A stretch of DNA of 64,000 nucleotides from a virus (taxonomy: Duplodnaviria; Caudoviricetes), in the IMG/VR virus record IMGVR_UViG_3300008261_000075, positions 1 to 64,000 of that record. One strand, written 5' to 3'. The first letter of the stretch is position 1. The number at the start of each line of letters is the position of its first letter. The position numbers were made by a program, and so were the translations under genes. The notes beneath the pieces were generated by a model. It did not search any database. It was not told the origin of the DNA and saw nothing but the letters and a program-made list of their open reading frames with translations. Shown in pieces: positions 28,901 through 38,016 of this stretch.

Positions 28901-29789
28901 CATTGAATATTTTGAAAAAGATGGTAACGTTTTACGAAGATTAAGAAGAGGTACACTAGGTACAGGAACTGCACAAGTATATCCAAGAGGTACTAAAGTT
29001 CAAGATATTGGACCAAGTGAAACTATTCCGTATCGTGACGAAACACAAGTCCTACAGTTTACTTCGTCAGGTAGCAATACCTTCAACTTAGAATTCTTAC
29101 CAACAAAGTCTAACACTGAATGGTCTTTTGCCAATGGGTTTACTTCAACTATTCCTACAGGCTACGGACAGTCAAATGATATAGAAGTGTTTGTTGGCGG
29201 CTATGACAACAGTCAAATATGGATACCGTCTACAGTTTATCAAGTAGATACTATAGTTCAAGTTGGCAGTTACAATTATAGATGCGTGACTGCGCATACA
29301 TCTAGCACTAGATTCTCGCTAGACTCAGCTTACTGGCAATTCTTTGTAGGCAACATCAGACTTAAAAAACATCCATTCAAAGTACATAATGTTGGCATTC
29401 ACAGCGAAAGTCCCGAGGGAGATGTACAATTTGACCCTGACTTTGCAGTTGACGGTGACACAACAGCAGTGAGACTAACTCATGCTCTTGATCAAGGAGT
29501 TAAGGTCACAGTGGTTAAGAAGACCGGCAGATTGTGGACTGGTATTACATACAATCCTACACCTGCTGTGTTTGATGGGGTAGAAACTGATTTTGACACA
29601 GGTACTACTGTGTTTGATCAAAGAGACAGCGCAATACTTTCTCAAGCAAATAGAAATATTATTGAGTTCTTGAGAGCAGAACCTGGAATATGGTATTCTG
29701 GTTCTAAAAACGTAATAGGTACAGCAACTTACGATTCGTCAACTACAACGTTTGACGGTACCGAAACAAAATTTGATAAAGGGAATTAA
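22953..29789 (+). CDS. Giant baseplate/virion structural protein, C-terminal part
   Basis: The frame of ORF 23280 is open back to 22953 (GAPYATDRTLNSG...IIDPIQGKVPGIAEQEIKFKTYYDPA). EVKPYRTQIRE motif and G.GY...P repeats. Confidence 0.8.
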   Translation, partial: GAPYATDRTLNSGLIFSYEKPAHTLAWTQIQTEEDKPDISKIKKAFLYNKRTNKLITYLDIIDPIQGKVPGIAEQEIKFKTYYDPATYTVGTSAVKVDDGQAWTTTKVGMLWWDLTRAKFIDSYGGDVVYRNTTWNTLFDTASIDIYEWVETSLKPAEWDKRADTEAGLSSNISGTSLYGNSVYSVKKRYDNVSKTFKETYYFWVKNKKTIPNVQDRRMSASDVSGLISNPKGQGYKYLALTGLNSFSLVNVKPLLQDTDVVLSVQYWTIDKTDQNIHSEWRLISSDENTALPASIEEKWFDSLCGKDQNNRVVPDLNLPPKLRYGAEFRPRQSLFVNRFEALKQFVERANSVMLTNQIVETRDILALSSYDPQPSIITALYDEVFDTDAELRFASVSTFKAPSLLPIIQDGSIVGVEIIEAGNGYVTAPYITVKGNGHSAELQALINSRGQVVGVKIIEEGKGYDSATVLELRNYSVLIRSDSQALNRWSIYAYTPNSRTWSRTQSQAYDTRRYWNYADWYAADVNQFTLADFSVETISDINNLTVKIGQYVKVRTTGSGGWDLLQKYADSISIDWTQSYKVVGSQNGTIQLSSELYKFSDTTLGFDGALFDGDTFDNTAVIELRIILETLKNKIFIDTLKQTYLDLFFVCLRYALSEQTYLDWAFKTSFVRAQHNVGPLKQKVTFNNDNLADFEAYIAEVKPYRTQIREYVSEYTAIDQTETSVTDFDILPVYREGKTLPVAVANVNGDIQSLEPAILTYPWKYWLDNVGFEILSIKIVDQGSGYITEPVVRIIDPDTQSTSTAATARAFISNGKLSRIVLLTSGKGYLTTPTIVIDGGLDIDGTPARAIAIIGNSVVRSNLIKMKFDRTSRTYFITELEESAAFTGTGNQLQFALKWAPDIRIGKSLVKVDGVEVLRANYKLAVNKSTVRGYTSYYGTLTFETPPAKAAVITIDYIKDWSLLSAADRIQYYYDPKTGQLGKDLAQLMTGVDYGGVIITGLDFGISTGWDSVPYFSDRWDEIDPTFDDYIIKAGLNSNEFTLPYIPEYDTVINIYHNGIRIDDLNYGTEQQTNINATMQTFVGDGIISTISLPSIAVTVDTDLIAVQGATAIQLTDVLTIQPGSLVLSPNVIVNGSTVIFVTGNVVPSSTTGSINDTVLTAPGLTTYATGMKVTGIGVAADTYIVSVTPGVQGIAEIQKILVTGTATGPVSFLGSVVPSVVSGNTAKQVVNRIVSNRAGIISAWNSLNPTRIIQELEIDLFEDGDSTIKVTYSLSSGNVPNLPQQISNGINFGNSVTSRSGLAGTVSTAVISVSQVVGPTMLTFTPVIEISNAILADISSLSELVVGNVSVFTAGNQLKNSTKITVSNATGVNEGDIVSSLLERITTSAILSNTAVVDIDPVTNIVTLSTPLSSEIPAGTALTFGYNKLAFRKSTSDGSIKPQEVDYDTSLSGGAFVGSALTSATGLAPDDIILDGDGLVTPTTSSDLEEVVPGQILDAVAIKVFYRPTSGAANIRVDNHIANGTTQTYSFNQYINSSEAVLVKVDDTILTLDDDYQVDYRNRTIELSAIPQVGAIVSIFNYGFNGSGVLDIDYFVGDDDTFEFITKAPWLDTVSAIAYVDGLVEPFELFQTDDTYDSVNTVGIRFGATPVANAIINYVIVDNKNETFSLVKSERFVSNGTATVFNLENPVGTTEPYAPNVIVRAGQTILAPANNVYFTIGKNKLNYTIDQTKARPYEPDMDEILVYVDGVQLQVNVDYIIDPAGITVKINRTVYNNNKGKLLVISIINNQQYLMTGTSLVLMQPQPTGTEIEVVNAYKHQVLDIHRTSISAKSDLSYEPDTVEYYNFNNILSGYIKLDRPVIDDAGVWVTKNGQLLTPSVDYKLNSDKQSITLLNTVAVNDKIDLITYSTNVYQQTMSYMQFKDMLNRTHFKRLALRKQTRLTQPLNFYDFEIYVEDASTFDVPNMSKNLPGAVEINGERIEYFEKDGNVLRRLRRGTLGTGTAQVYPRGTKVQDIGPSETIPYRDETQVLQFTSSGSNTFNLEFLPTKSNTEWSFANGFTSTIPTGYGQSNDIEVFVGGYDNSQIWIPSTVYQVDTIVQVGSYNYRCVTAHTSSTRFSLDSAYWQFFVGNIRLKKHPFKVHNVGIHSESPEGDVQFDPDFAVDGDTTAVRLTHALDQGVKVTVVKKTGRLWTGITYNPTPAVFDGVETDFDTGTTVFDQRDSAILSQANRNIIEFLRAEPGIWYSGSKNVIGTATYDSSTTTFDGTETKFDKGN

Positions 29790-29794
29790 TTAAA

Positions 29795-32700
29795 ATGGCA
29801 AAACAAATTATCAATGTTGGTGCTCGTAATAACGATGGTACAGGCGATTCGTTAAGAGTTGGAGCAACCAAGGTTAACGACAACTTTAGTGAAATTTATA
29901 ATCTACTAGGTGACGGTGAAAATTTAAGCGTTGTTTCTAGAATTACTGCTGGCATAGGTCTAGCAGTTGGTAACAATACTGGAGCAGTGCTAATTACAGG
30001 TCGTATTGCGTCTGGTAACGATCTAGGAATGATTAAGGTTGGTGAAAATTTAACAATTAGTCAAGACGGAACATTGAGCGCACAGCAAACAGAATATATT
30101 TTACCCACAGCATCGTCTACTGTGTTGGGAGGTGTTAAAGTTGGTTCGGGGTTAGCAATAAATCAAGGTGTACTTAGTAACACTGTGTCAGCATACACTC
30201 TTCCAACTGCATCTACTAGTTTACTTGGTGGAGTAAAAGTTGACGGCACTAGTATTACAATCAACAACGGTGTTATCAGCGGAAGCAATCAGTATTCTTT
30301 ACCAACAGCAACTGACAGCATACTAGGCGGTATAAAAATTGGCGCTGGCTTATCTATTAGTCAAGGAGTTGTTAGCGTAACTGGCACTAGTAATTTGGCC
30401 ACAGTGGCTACTACAGGCAGTTATAATGATTTATTAAACCAGCCAGCTCTGTTCAGCGGCGCATATGCAGACTTGAGTGGCACTCCGACTATTCCTTCTG
30501 CACAAATACAAAGTGATTGGAATCAAGCTAGTAATGTAGCATTGGATTTTATTAAGAATAAGCCAACTATTCCATCTGCATATACACTGCCCACAGCAAC
30601 AACAAGTGTATTAGGTGGTGTAAAAGTTGATGGTACAACTATTACTATTGCCGATGGAGTTATTAGTTCAGTTAGTACAGATCCTAACCTTTGGGTTGAA
30701 ACATTTGCAATGGCTCCTCTAGAGGAAGGTATTGTACAGATAGCAACCAGCGTGGAATATGATGCAAGTGGAAATATTTTTGCCTTGTTCAGCCATTATG
30801 TACCTGGACCTGATACCAACTCTTCCGACGACGACATAACTTATACCTCTGTGGCCAAGTTAACCCCCGCCGGTGCTGTAATATGGAGGGTTCGTTTTGC
30901 TAACACTCTAAACACAGACGGGTGGGGCTTGGCCTATGACGGCGCCGACGCTGTATACATTGCCGGTCAACAGCGTCCAAACTCGCTGACCTATAGATCT
31001 GCCACACTGACTAAGATAGACGCAGTTGATGGCAGCATAGTATGGGGCAAAACCTACGATTTTGGATACTATAGCGGTAGTCCTGTAGTAGATGTAGACG
31101 TTGACGGTAATCCTATTATGGTAGGCTATGCTGACAACAGTATAGATAGTATGATCGTTACTAGTAAAATTGATCAAGCAGACGGCACAGTAATATGGTC
31201 AAAGACTCTAGACGGCCAGGGCGACGATCAAGCCTATGGTATGGCTGTGGGTCCTACAGGGGAAATTGTTACTATTGGTTATGTTGATAGGATCGGAGTA
31301 CAAGATGCAGTTGCAACAGTTGTTACAATACCGCCAACTAACCCTAATTGGACAGACGCATACAGTGTTTCTAATGGCAGCTTTTCGTGTGATATCACTT
31401 TTGCTAGTCCAGGCAATCCAACATTCAGCAACGTTGTAGACACTGTGGGTAACAGAACAATAGGAGACACACTAGTAACTGTAATGGGTTCAGATCTTGG
31501 AGGGATGGACGGTGATGATGATATGATTATCAATGTTGCCACTTTAGCTCCAAACGACACAGTCAATCGTATGATTGTGATCAAGTATGCTGCCGACGGT
31601 ACTATTACTTGGCGCAAAGCTGTGCAATTTGACATAGGTTTAAATTGCACAGGAGCAGATGCTGACATTGATGCAGCCGGCAACATTTACGTGTGCGGCA
31701 ATTACGATACGCCAGGCGAAGACGTGGCAATGGGGTTGCTCAAACTGGACAGTAGTGGAGTTAAACAATGGAGTAGACGAGTACAAGGTGACTGTCTTGA
31801 CTTTGCTACCAGCGTAGTAGTAGGTCCCGACAACAACTTGTACTTGAGTGGTGTTACAGGTAGGTTCGGTCTTTCAGATTTTGTCTGGGTTGTAGCCAAG
31901 TATAGTACTACTGGTACAGTGATATGGCAACGTTTAATCGATAATACTGCCAGTTGGACATTTAACGGTGGAATATTTTTTAATAACTCAGGTGGTAGTA
32001 ATCTTGCTGTGAGAAACGAATATGTAGCATTGGCTGGCGGGTTTGCCAATCTTGACCTCAATGAGTCGTCAACGGCTACGGTGGTACAAATTGACACCAA
32101 CGGTACTATGTTTACCGTAAGCGATTGGGCTATTACAGGTGCTTTATTTACAGGCTTGTTAAATGCTACAGCTAGTGATATTACAGTGGTTAACGTTGGC
32201 AAGACTTCAAACACAGTGACGCCAGGAGTGGCTGATTTTGTTGTTCAAGAAGATGCCACTAACTTCTTATCTGTCACACAATATAACCCAAGCGCCATCG
32301 AAAACGCCAGTAGTATAAACAACGGTGCATATTCAGTAAGTGTTAACACGAATGGTGTTGTCACTATGGCAACAAGCCGTGGCTCACTGGAGTTCGGAGC
32401 ATTGCCAGAAATTGGCGGCACAACTCACTTCCACATAATGAAGACTGCTGGAGACACCGCCGATCTATACTTTGGTGATGACTACAACTATATGCTACAG
32501 CGTGGGCCAGCATACCTTGGATCGCCTGCATATGGTGTTGAGATTGGAACCAACGACAATGACGCCGGCAATCAGCATGTGTGGCGTTTTGGCACAGATG
32601 GTAGACTAACACTACCTGGTGGCGAAGCATGGGTAGAGGTTAGCGGTGACGGCGGCGTAAGCATTCTCGAAGGCGAATATGCGTTTGATGATATTCCTGT

Positions 32701-33241
32701 AGCGGCAATTAAAATTGGCGGTACAGAAGGCGACGCATTTACAATATCCAGTTACGATGATCTGGTTAAGACTTGGCGCTTTAATCACAACGGTGCTGTA
32801 ACATTCCCTGATAACACAGTACAAACCACTGCCTATCCTGGAGAATTAGTTCCAGCCAACGGTGATACAGTAAGTGGTAATGCTAATCTAGTATTTTATG
32901 CTGGCACTGATTGGTACAACACATCTAAGGTAACCATTAACCCTACCTCGTCTATGTTGACGTTGAGTGGAAATAGCGGCACAGGTGGTATAACATTCCC
33001 AGATGCTACAGTACAGACCACAGCCTGGGCAGGTGGTCGTGTTGTTGCAGTACCTACTGCTAGCATAGGTGCCGCAGGCAATAAGCAAGGTGATTTAGCA
33101 TTTAATAGTTCCTACATATATTATTGTACTCAAAATTTTACACCATCTAGTTATTCTTCTACGATTGTCTTAACGTATTCAGGTACATATCCTACTATAG
33201 TAAAAGGCAGTATTCCTCAACCGAGTGGAGACACTTGGTAA
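29795..33241 (+). CDS. Tail fibre / receptor-binding protein with gp9/gp10-type N-terminus and beta-propeller
   Basis: INVG..NDGTGDSLR N-terminus; LPTA...LGGVKV repeats; repeated D..G.I.W propeller blades; TFPDxTVQTTA repeats. Confidence 0.75.
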   Translation: MAKQIINVGARNNDGTGDSLRVGATKVNDNFSEIYNLLGDGENLSVVSRITAGIGLAVGNNTGAVLITGRIASGNDLGMIKVGENLTISQDGTLSAQQTEYILPTASSTVLGGVKVGSGLAINQGVLSNTVSAYTLPTASTSLLGGVKVDGTSITINNGVISGSNQYSLPTATDSILGGIKIGAGLSISQGVVSVTGTSNLATVATTGSYNDLLNQPALFSGAYADLSGTPTIPSAQIQSDWNQASNVALDFIKNKPTIPSAYTLPTATTSVLGGVKVDGTTITIADGVISSVSTDPNLWVETFAMAPLEEGIVQIATSVEYDASGNIFALFSHYVPGPDTNSSDDDITYTSVAKLTPAGAVIWRVRFANTLNTDGWGLAYDGADAVYIAGQQRPNSLTYRSATLTKIDAVDGSIVWGKTYDFGYYSGSPVVDVDVDGNPIMVGYADNSIDSMIVTSKIDQADGTVIWSKTLDGQGDDQAYGMAVGPTGEIVTIGYVDRIGVQDAVATVVTIPPTNPNWTDAYSVSNGSFSCDITFASPGNPTFSNVVDTVGNRTIGDTLVTVMGSDLGGMDGDDDMIINVATLAPNDTVNRMIVIKYAADGTITWRKAVQFDIGLNCTGADADIDAAGNIYVCGNYDTPGEDVAMGLLKLDSSGVKQWSRRVQGDCLDFATSVVVGPDNNLYLSGVTGRFGLSDFVWVVAKYSTTGTVIWQRLIDNTASWTFNGGIFFNNSGGSNLAVRNEYVALAGGFANLDLNESSTATVVQIDTNGTMFTVSDWAITGALFTGLLNATASDITVVNVGKTSNTVTPGVADFVVQEDATNFLSVTQYNPSAIENASSINNGAYSVSVNTNGVVTMATSRGSLEFGALPEIGGTTHFHIMKTAGDTADLYFGDDYNYMLQRGPAYLGSPAYGVEIGTNDNDAGNQHVWRFGTDGRLTLPGGEAWVEVSGDGGVSILEGEYAFDDIPVAAIKIGGTEGDAFTISSYDDLVKTWRFNHNGAVTFPDNTVQTTAYPGELVPANGDTVSGNANLVFYAGTDWYNTSKVTINPTSSMLTLSGNSGTGGITFPDATVQTTAWAGGRVVAVPTASIGAAGNKQGDLAFNSSYIYYCTQNFTPSSYSSTIVLTYSGTYPTIVKGSIPQPSGDTW
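30094..30665 (+). repeat. Intragenic peptide repeats (Y-x-LPTA-xxx-LGG[VI]K[VI]) x4
   Basis: YILPTASSTVLGGVKV, YTLPTASTSLLGGVKV, YSLPTATDSILGGIKI, YTLPTATTSVLGGVKV in the translation. Confidence 0.8.
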
Positions 33242-33269
33242 TGATTAAACTAGCATATTATAGCTATTG

Positions 33270-33276
33270 ATAAATA
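33270..33276 (+). promoter_or_regulatory. Late promoter
   Basis: ATAAATA 20 nt upstream of ATG 33297. Confidence 0.7.
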
Positions 33277-33296
33277 ATGAATAACGAGATTTTACC

Positions 33297-33905
33297 ATGC
33301 AAAGTAAAGATTTAACAGGACTACACATTGAAGGGCATATTAAAATATATGACCCTATAACTAAAGATGTTTTCATAGACAAGCGAAATGCTATCCACTA
33401 TGAAAACATCAGTATTGCTCTAGCACAAAGTATTGCTAATAGCGGCCAAGGTTTTATCTACGAAATGGCATTTGGTAACGGCGGAACAGCAGTTGACCCA
33501 ACCGGTATTATTACTTACTTAACACCAAACAGCTCTGGATCAAACGCCAGCTTGTATAATCAAACCTACGCCAAAGTAGTTGATGATCGTTCAAGCAACA
33601 ATAGCGATCCTACACGTAATTACATAGAAACACGTCACGTAACAGGCACAAACTATACTGACGTGTTTATTACTTGTCTACTGGATTACGGTGAGCCTAG
33701 CGGGCAAAGTGCATTTGACAATACCAATGATAATCAAAGTGAATTTGTATTTGATGAATTGGGATTAAAAAGTTATAGTACCTCTGGAAACAGCCTACTG
33801 CTAACTCATGTTATTTTTCACCCTGTGCAAAAATCGTTGAATCGTTTAATTCAAATCGACTACACTGTTCGAGTACAGAGTTTAACTGGTCTAGCGGGAG
33901 TATAA
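33297..33905 (+). CDS. Virion structural (baseplate) protein
   Basis: GHIKIYD..KRNAIH, MAFGNGGT, FDELGL, THVIFHPVQKS; late promoter and context. Confidence 0.7.
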   Translation: MQSKDLTGLHIEGHIKIYDPITKDVFIDKRNAIHYENISIALAQSIANSGQGFIYEMAFGNGGTAVDPTGIITYLTPNSSGSNASLYNQTYAKVVDDRSSNNSDPTRNYIETRHVTGTNYTDVFITCLLDYGEPSGQSAFDNTNDNQSEFVFDELGLKSYSTSGNSLLLTHVIFHPVQKSLNRLIQIDYTVRVQSLTGLAGV

Positions 33906-33906
33906 T

Positions 33907-36060
33907 ATGAGCTATCAAGTTCGTTTTTCAGAATTAAATAATCCGCAAAAAACAACTATTGTTGTTGAAGACCAAACCCTTAATACAGAAACTAGTTTAA
34001 CCTTTGTTGGTAAAAACTATGCAGGCTATGCACAATTTGTTGCAGAAAACTTTTTACATCTGTTAGAAAATTTTGCAAGGTCAACTGCTCCTAGCAATCC
34101 AGTACAAGGTCAACTATGGTTTGACAACACGGCTGGGGTTAATCAGCTAAAAGTATTTGATGGAACAACATGGACTGCCGCTGGTAGTGTTAAGAAAGCT
34201 CCGGTAGCTCCGTCAGTGTCAAACAGTATCAAAGGCGATCTTTGGGTCGACACTGACAATCAGCAGTTATACATGTTCTCAGGTTCTAACTGGGTTTTAA
34301 TTGGCCCACAGTTTAGCGGAGGTCTAAAGACAGGACCTAACGTTGAAACAATAGTTGATACCTCAAATAATGTTCACGGTGTGATCAGTTTATATTCAGA
34401 TGGCGACCTAATTGCCATTATCAGTAACGTAAGTTTTGCGCCAAAGAGTGCTATAACTGGGTTTGAAGTTATTGGCAAAGGTCTTAATATCAGTTCAGTA
34501 GATGTTTCAAGCACTACTTCTCCAATGAAAATGTGGGGTGTCGCCAGTAAAGCTGATGCATTAGTTGTTAACAATGCAGTCGTACCGTCAACTAGTTTTT
34601 TAAGATCTGACCAAGTTAGTACTACTAACAACGGACTAAATGTTCGTTCAAACAGCGGTATTAGTCTAGGCGGCGACCTAAGTTTTAACATTGGTACTGA
34701 CGTTAACAGCGCAGTATTATATTCTAAGACTAGTAATTCAGTTATTGACTTTAAATTAACACTAGCTAGCGGTGACCCTAAAACGGTCATGCGTATTAAC
34801 AGTACTGAAAACATTACCAACGTCGGTATTAACAAAACTAATCCTAATGAAAGCCTTGATGTATCTGGCAAAATTAGAAGTGATGAAGGTATAGTAGTTA
34901 CTGGTACTGGTATATCTAGCATTAATACTGCTGGCGGACTAGTGGTAGCCGGTACAAGCAATCTCAAAGGGCAAATTACAAACGAAGCTCCTATGATTAT
35001 AACTTATCTAGATACTAACGGTAATCCTAGATCAGATAATCCAGTTATTGCACCTAGTTCAACTGCGGCTCATATGAAATATGATATTGGCAGTCCTTCA
35101 AAATCTTTTAGAAATATCTATGCAGAAACATTTGTAGGAAATTTTAGCGGAACATTTAGTGGTTCACTAACAGGTAACATTTCAGGAACTGCGGCAAGGC
35201 TAGCAAGTTCAACACTATTCCAGTTGGTAGGTGATGTAACCAGTAACCAGATTAACTTCAACGGACAAACGGGCGACGGAACAGCAACATTCCAAACAGT
35301 AATTGGCCAAGATATGATTGGTGCAAGAGAAGAAGTTGGGGCAGCATTTCAAACAGATCAGTTATTGATATTAAGACCTAACTTAGGTCTACGTAAAATT
35401 AGCAAGCAGACGTTGTTTGCTTCTGCTGCCACAGTGCCAACGGGTTCTATACTACCATTTGGTGGCCAGACAGCTCCAGCTGGATATTTGTTGTGTGATG
35501 GCGGTGAAGTTAGAATTTCAGAATTTCCGTTACTGTTTTCAGTAATTGGATATTCATTTAAAGATGTAAGCCTATTACAGGGTGCTTCAACCTTTGCACT
35601 ACCGGACTTAAGAGGACGTTTCCCCTTAGGTCGTGACAATATGGACAACGGTAGAACTATTCCTAGTAAAGACAACGCTACAATTCTTATAGATGCTGGA
35701 GGCGGCATTGCTGACAGGGTAACTGATACCACAGCAGACATAGTGGGTGCGGCATCTGGTAATGAACAACGTTCATTAGCAATCAACAACATTCCAGAGC
35801 ACGAACACGATTTTAGAGGTACTAGATCCAGCGGTGGCGTTGGTAATCAGTATTATGCAATTCGTAATGTACCCGGAGCACCTATTGATAACGGCATTCC
35901 AGCACAGGGCGCAACAGGTGCCAACGGATCAGCACAGGCACTAGGATCAAGTGGAGGCATCTTAACAGACGATTTACCTGTTAAAGATCTTGCAACTCCG
36001 TTTAATACTATGAATCCTTATCAAACAGTCAACTACATTATCTATACTGGTATACTATAA
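33907..36060 (+). CDS. Short tail fibre with phage tail collar domain
   Basis: VGKNYAGY..ENFLHLLENFA N-terminus; collar motif PTGSILPFGG..APAGYLLCDG...FALPDLRGRFPLG; MNPYQTVNYII. Confidence 0.85.
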   Translation: MSYQVRFSELNNPQKTTIVVEDQTLNTETSLTFVGKNYAGYAQFVAENFLHLLENFARSTAPSNPVQGQLWFDNTAGVNQLKVFDGTTWTAAGSVKKAPVAPSVSNSIKGDLWVDTDNQQLYMFSGSNWVLIGPQFSGGLKTGPNVETIVDTSNNVHGVISLYSDGDLIAIISNVSFAPKSAITGFEVIGKGLNISSVDVSSTTSPMKMWGVASKADALVVNNAVVPSTSFLRSDQVSTTNNGLNVRSNSGISLGGDLSFNIGTDVNSAVLYSKTSNSVIDFKLTLASGDPKTVMRINSTENITNVGINKTNPNESLDVSGKIRSDEGIVVTGTGISSINTAGGLVVAGTSNLKGQITNEAPMIITYLDTNGNPRSDNPVIAPSSTAAHMKYDIGSPSKSFRNIYAETFVGNFSGTFSGSLTGNISGTAARLASSTLFQLVGDVTSNQINFNGQTGDGTATFQTVIGQDMIGAREEVGAAFQTDQLLILRPNLGLRKISKQTLFASAATVPTGSILPFGGQTAPAGYLLCDGGEVRISEFPLLFSVIGYSFKDVSLLQGASTFALPDLRGRFPLGRDNMDNGRTIPSKDNATILIDAGGGIADRVTDTTADIVGAASGNEQRSLAINNIPEHEHDFRGTRSSGGVGNQYYAIRNVPGAPIDNGIPAQGATGANGSAQALGSSGGILTDDLPVKDLATPFNTMNPYQTVNYIIYTGIL

Positions 36061-37985
36061 TGAGCTATATTATTAATAAAACAGACGGGACCGTACTAAC
36101 TGAAGTAGTAGACGGCACTCTTGACCAAACGTCAACTGATGTTACTCTAGTTGGAAAGAATTCTAGTAGTTACGGTGAATTTTTTAATGAAAATTTTATT
36201 CACTTATTAGAAAACTTTGCCAACACAAGTCCTCCTAGTAATCCTATAACCGGCCAGTTGTGGTATGACACTACCGAAGGCAGACTTAAAGCCTATGATG
36301 GCAATGGATTTAGAGTATCGGGTGGAACAGTTGTGTCAAATAAAGTCCCTAGTAATCTAGTACAAGGTGATATATGGATTGACAGTTTTAGAAAGCAATT
36401 GTTTTTTTATGACGGCACACAGTTAACTTTAGCTGGCCCTCAATTTACTGACCAACAAGGGTTAACCGGACTGACAATTGAATCTATTTTAGATACTAAT
36501 CAGATTAGTCATACAATAGCACTGATGTATGTTAATCAAACATTAATGGGAATTTGGAGTAAAGATCAATTTACTCCCGCTAGTCCAATTGCAGGCGCAG
36601 TTCCTGGGCCAATTTATAGAGGATTTAATTCTAGTTCATTAACCGGCCTAGAGTTTAGAGGTACTATTACCAAAGCTAGAGGACTAATTGCCGCCGATGG
36701 TTCAGTAAAAACACCTGAAAACTTTGTATCAGTAACTGACCCAGAAACAATATTCCAAGGTCAAGTCTATATTAACAATGCAGTTCCGCTGACGTTAGGT
36801 CCTGGACCATCAACAGAAATTAGAACTACTGATGCACAATTTAATATTACTCCACTACAAAGTGGTCAAGAAGTAGTATTAAAAGTTAAAAACGTAGACG
36901 GTATTAAATCAGCAGTACATATCAAGGCCACAACTGAGAGAGTTGGTATTTTTACACCTTCTCCTGAAAGTACATTAGATGTAAATGGCGACACTATAAT
37001 TAGAGGTAATCTTACTGTACAAGGTCAAACGACATCTTTAGAAACTAATAATATTGTAGTTGAAGATAAGACTATTGAGCTGGCAAAAACAGACCTTCCA
37101 ACTGATGTTAATTGTGACGAAGGTGGTCTAATACTTAAAGGAACTACAGATCATACTATTCTTTGGGTGAGAGACAGCTTAGATGTTACTAACAGTAACT
37201 GGACATTTAACGAACATATAAGTTTAGGGGTTAGCAAGAAGTTTAAAATTAATAATATTGAGGTTTTATCAGCAGATACTTTAGGTAATACAGTGGCAAC
37301 GGCGCTGGGTCTAAGACGTATTGGTAACTTAGAAGATCTAAGTGTTGATAATCTCTTGTTAAACAACAACACTATTAGTTCTACTGATACTAATGGTGAT
37401 ATTATTATTAGTCCTAACGGTACAGGAGTTGTTGATGTTAATAATTCTATAGTAACAAATATTTTAGATCCTGTAAATCCGCTAGATGCTGTAAATTTAG
37501 CATTTTTACAAAATGCCATACTAGCACTACCTAAGGCATTCTCGTTAGATATTACAGGGCTAAGTCAAATTGCTGGAACTTTGCGAACTCAAATAGCCAC
37601 TATTTTAACAGACGTATTTCCAATTGCAAATAATCCTACAGGAACAGTTTGCAGAGTGTATTGTACCCGCCAAGAAATTAGCTTTCCAGCATTGGCTATT
37701 CCGTTATCTGAAACTGTAAATGCTCCTGGTATTGTAAAAACAACTGCTACTGCACTAGGACAACGCGATACAGGTACGCTAGTTACAGCACCAACTAGCC
37801 CAGGCGGAGAAGCAGTAATTTACGGGGTAGTTCCAGGATCAGAAGTGTCTGTGTTAGAAGATATTGACACAAATCCGTTTAATACGGGCCCTGCAACTAT
37901 AACTTATACAAGGTCTATTAAAGTTTTTGAAGTTGTAAACAGTGTCTGGACATGGGATAGCGACGAAGCCGCTACTCCAATATAA
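36060..37985 (+). CDS. Baseplate/tail fibre protein (paralogue of flanking genes)
   Basis: Same ENFIHLLENFA...GQLWYD N-terminal module. Confidence 0.75.
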   Translation: MSYIINKTDGTVLTEVVDGTLDQTSTDVTLVGKNSSSYGEFFNENFIHLLENFANTSPPSNPITGQLWYDTTEGRLKAYDGNGFRVSGGTVVSNKVPSNLVQGDIWIDSFRKQLFFYDGTQLTLAGPQFTDQQGLTGLTIESILDTNQISHTIALMYVNQTLMGIWSKDQFTPASPIAGAVPGPIYRGFNSSSLTGLEFRGTITKARGLIAADGSVKTPENFVSVTDPETIFQGQVYINNAVPLTLGPGPSTEIRTTDAQFNITPLQSGQEVVLKVKNVDGIKSAVHIKATTERVGIFTPSPESTLDVNGDTIIRGNLTVQGQTTSLETNNIVVEDKTIELAKTDLPTDVNCDEGGLILKGTTDHTILWVRDSLDVTNSNWTFNEHISLGVSKKFKINNIEVLSADTLGNTVATALGLRRIGNLEDLSVDNLLLNNNTISSTDTNGDIIISPNGTGVVDVNNSIVTNILDPVNPLDAVNLAFLQNAILALPKAFSLDITGLSQIAGTLRTQIATILTDVFPIANNPTGTVCRVYCTRQEISFPALAIPLSETVNAPGIVKTTATALGQRDTGTLVTAPTSPGGEAVIYGVVPGSEVSVLEDIDTNPFNTGPATITYTRSIKVFEVVNSVWTWDSDEAATPI

Positions 37986-37987
37986 CG

Positions 37988-37994
37988 ATAAATA
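37988..37994 (+). promoter_or_regulatory. Late promoter
   Basis: ATAAATA upstream of GAGG and ATG 38017. Confidence 0.7.
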
Positions 37995-38016
37995 CTAGGA
38001 ACGAGGAATAAACGAG

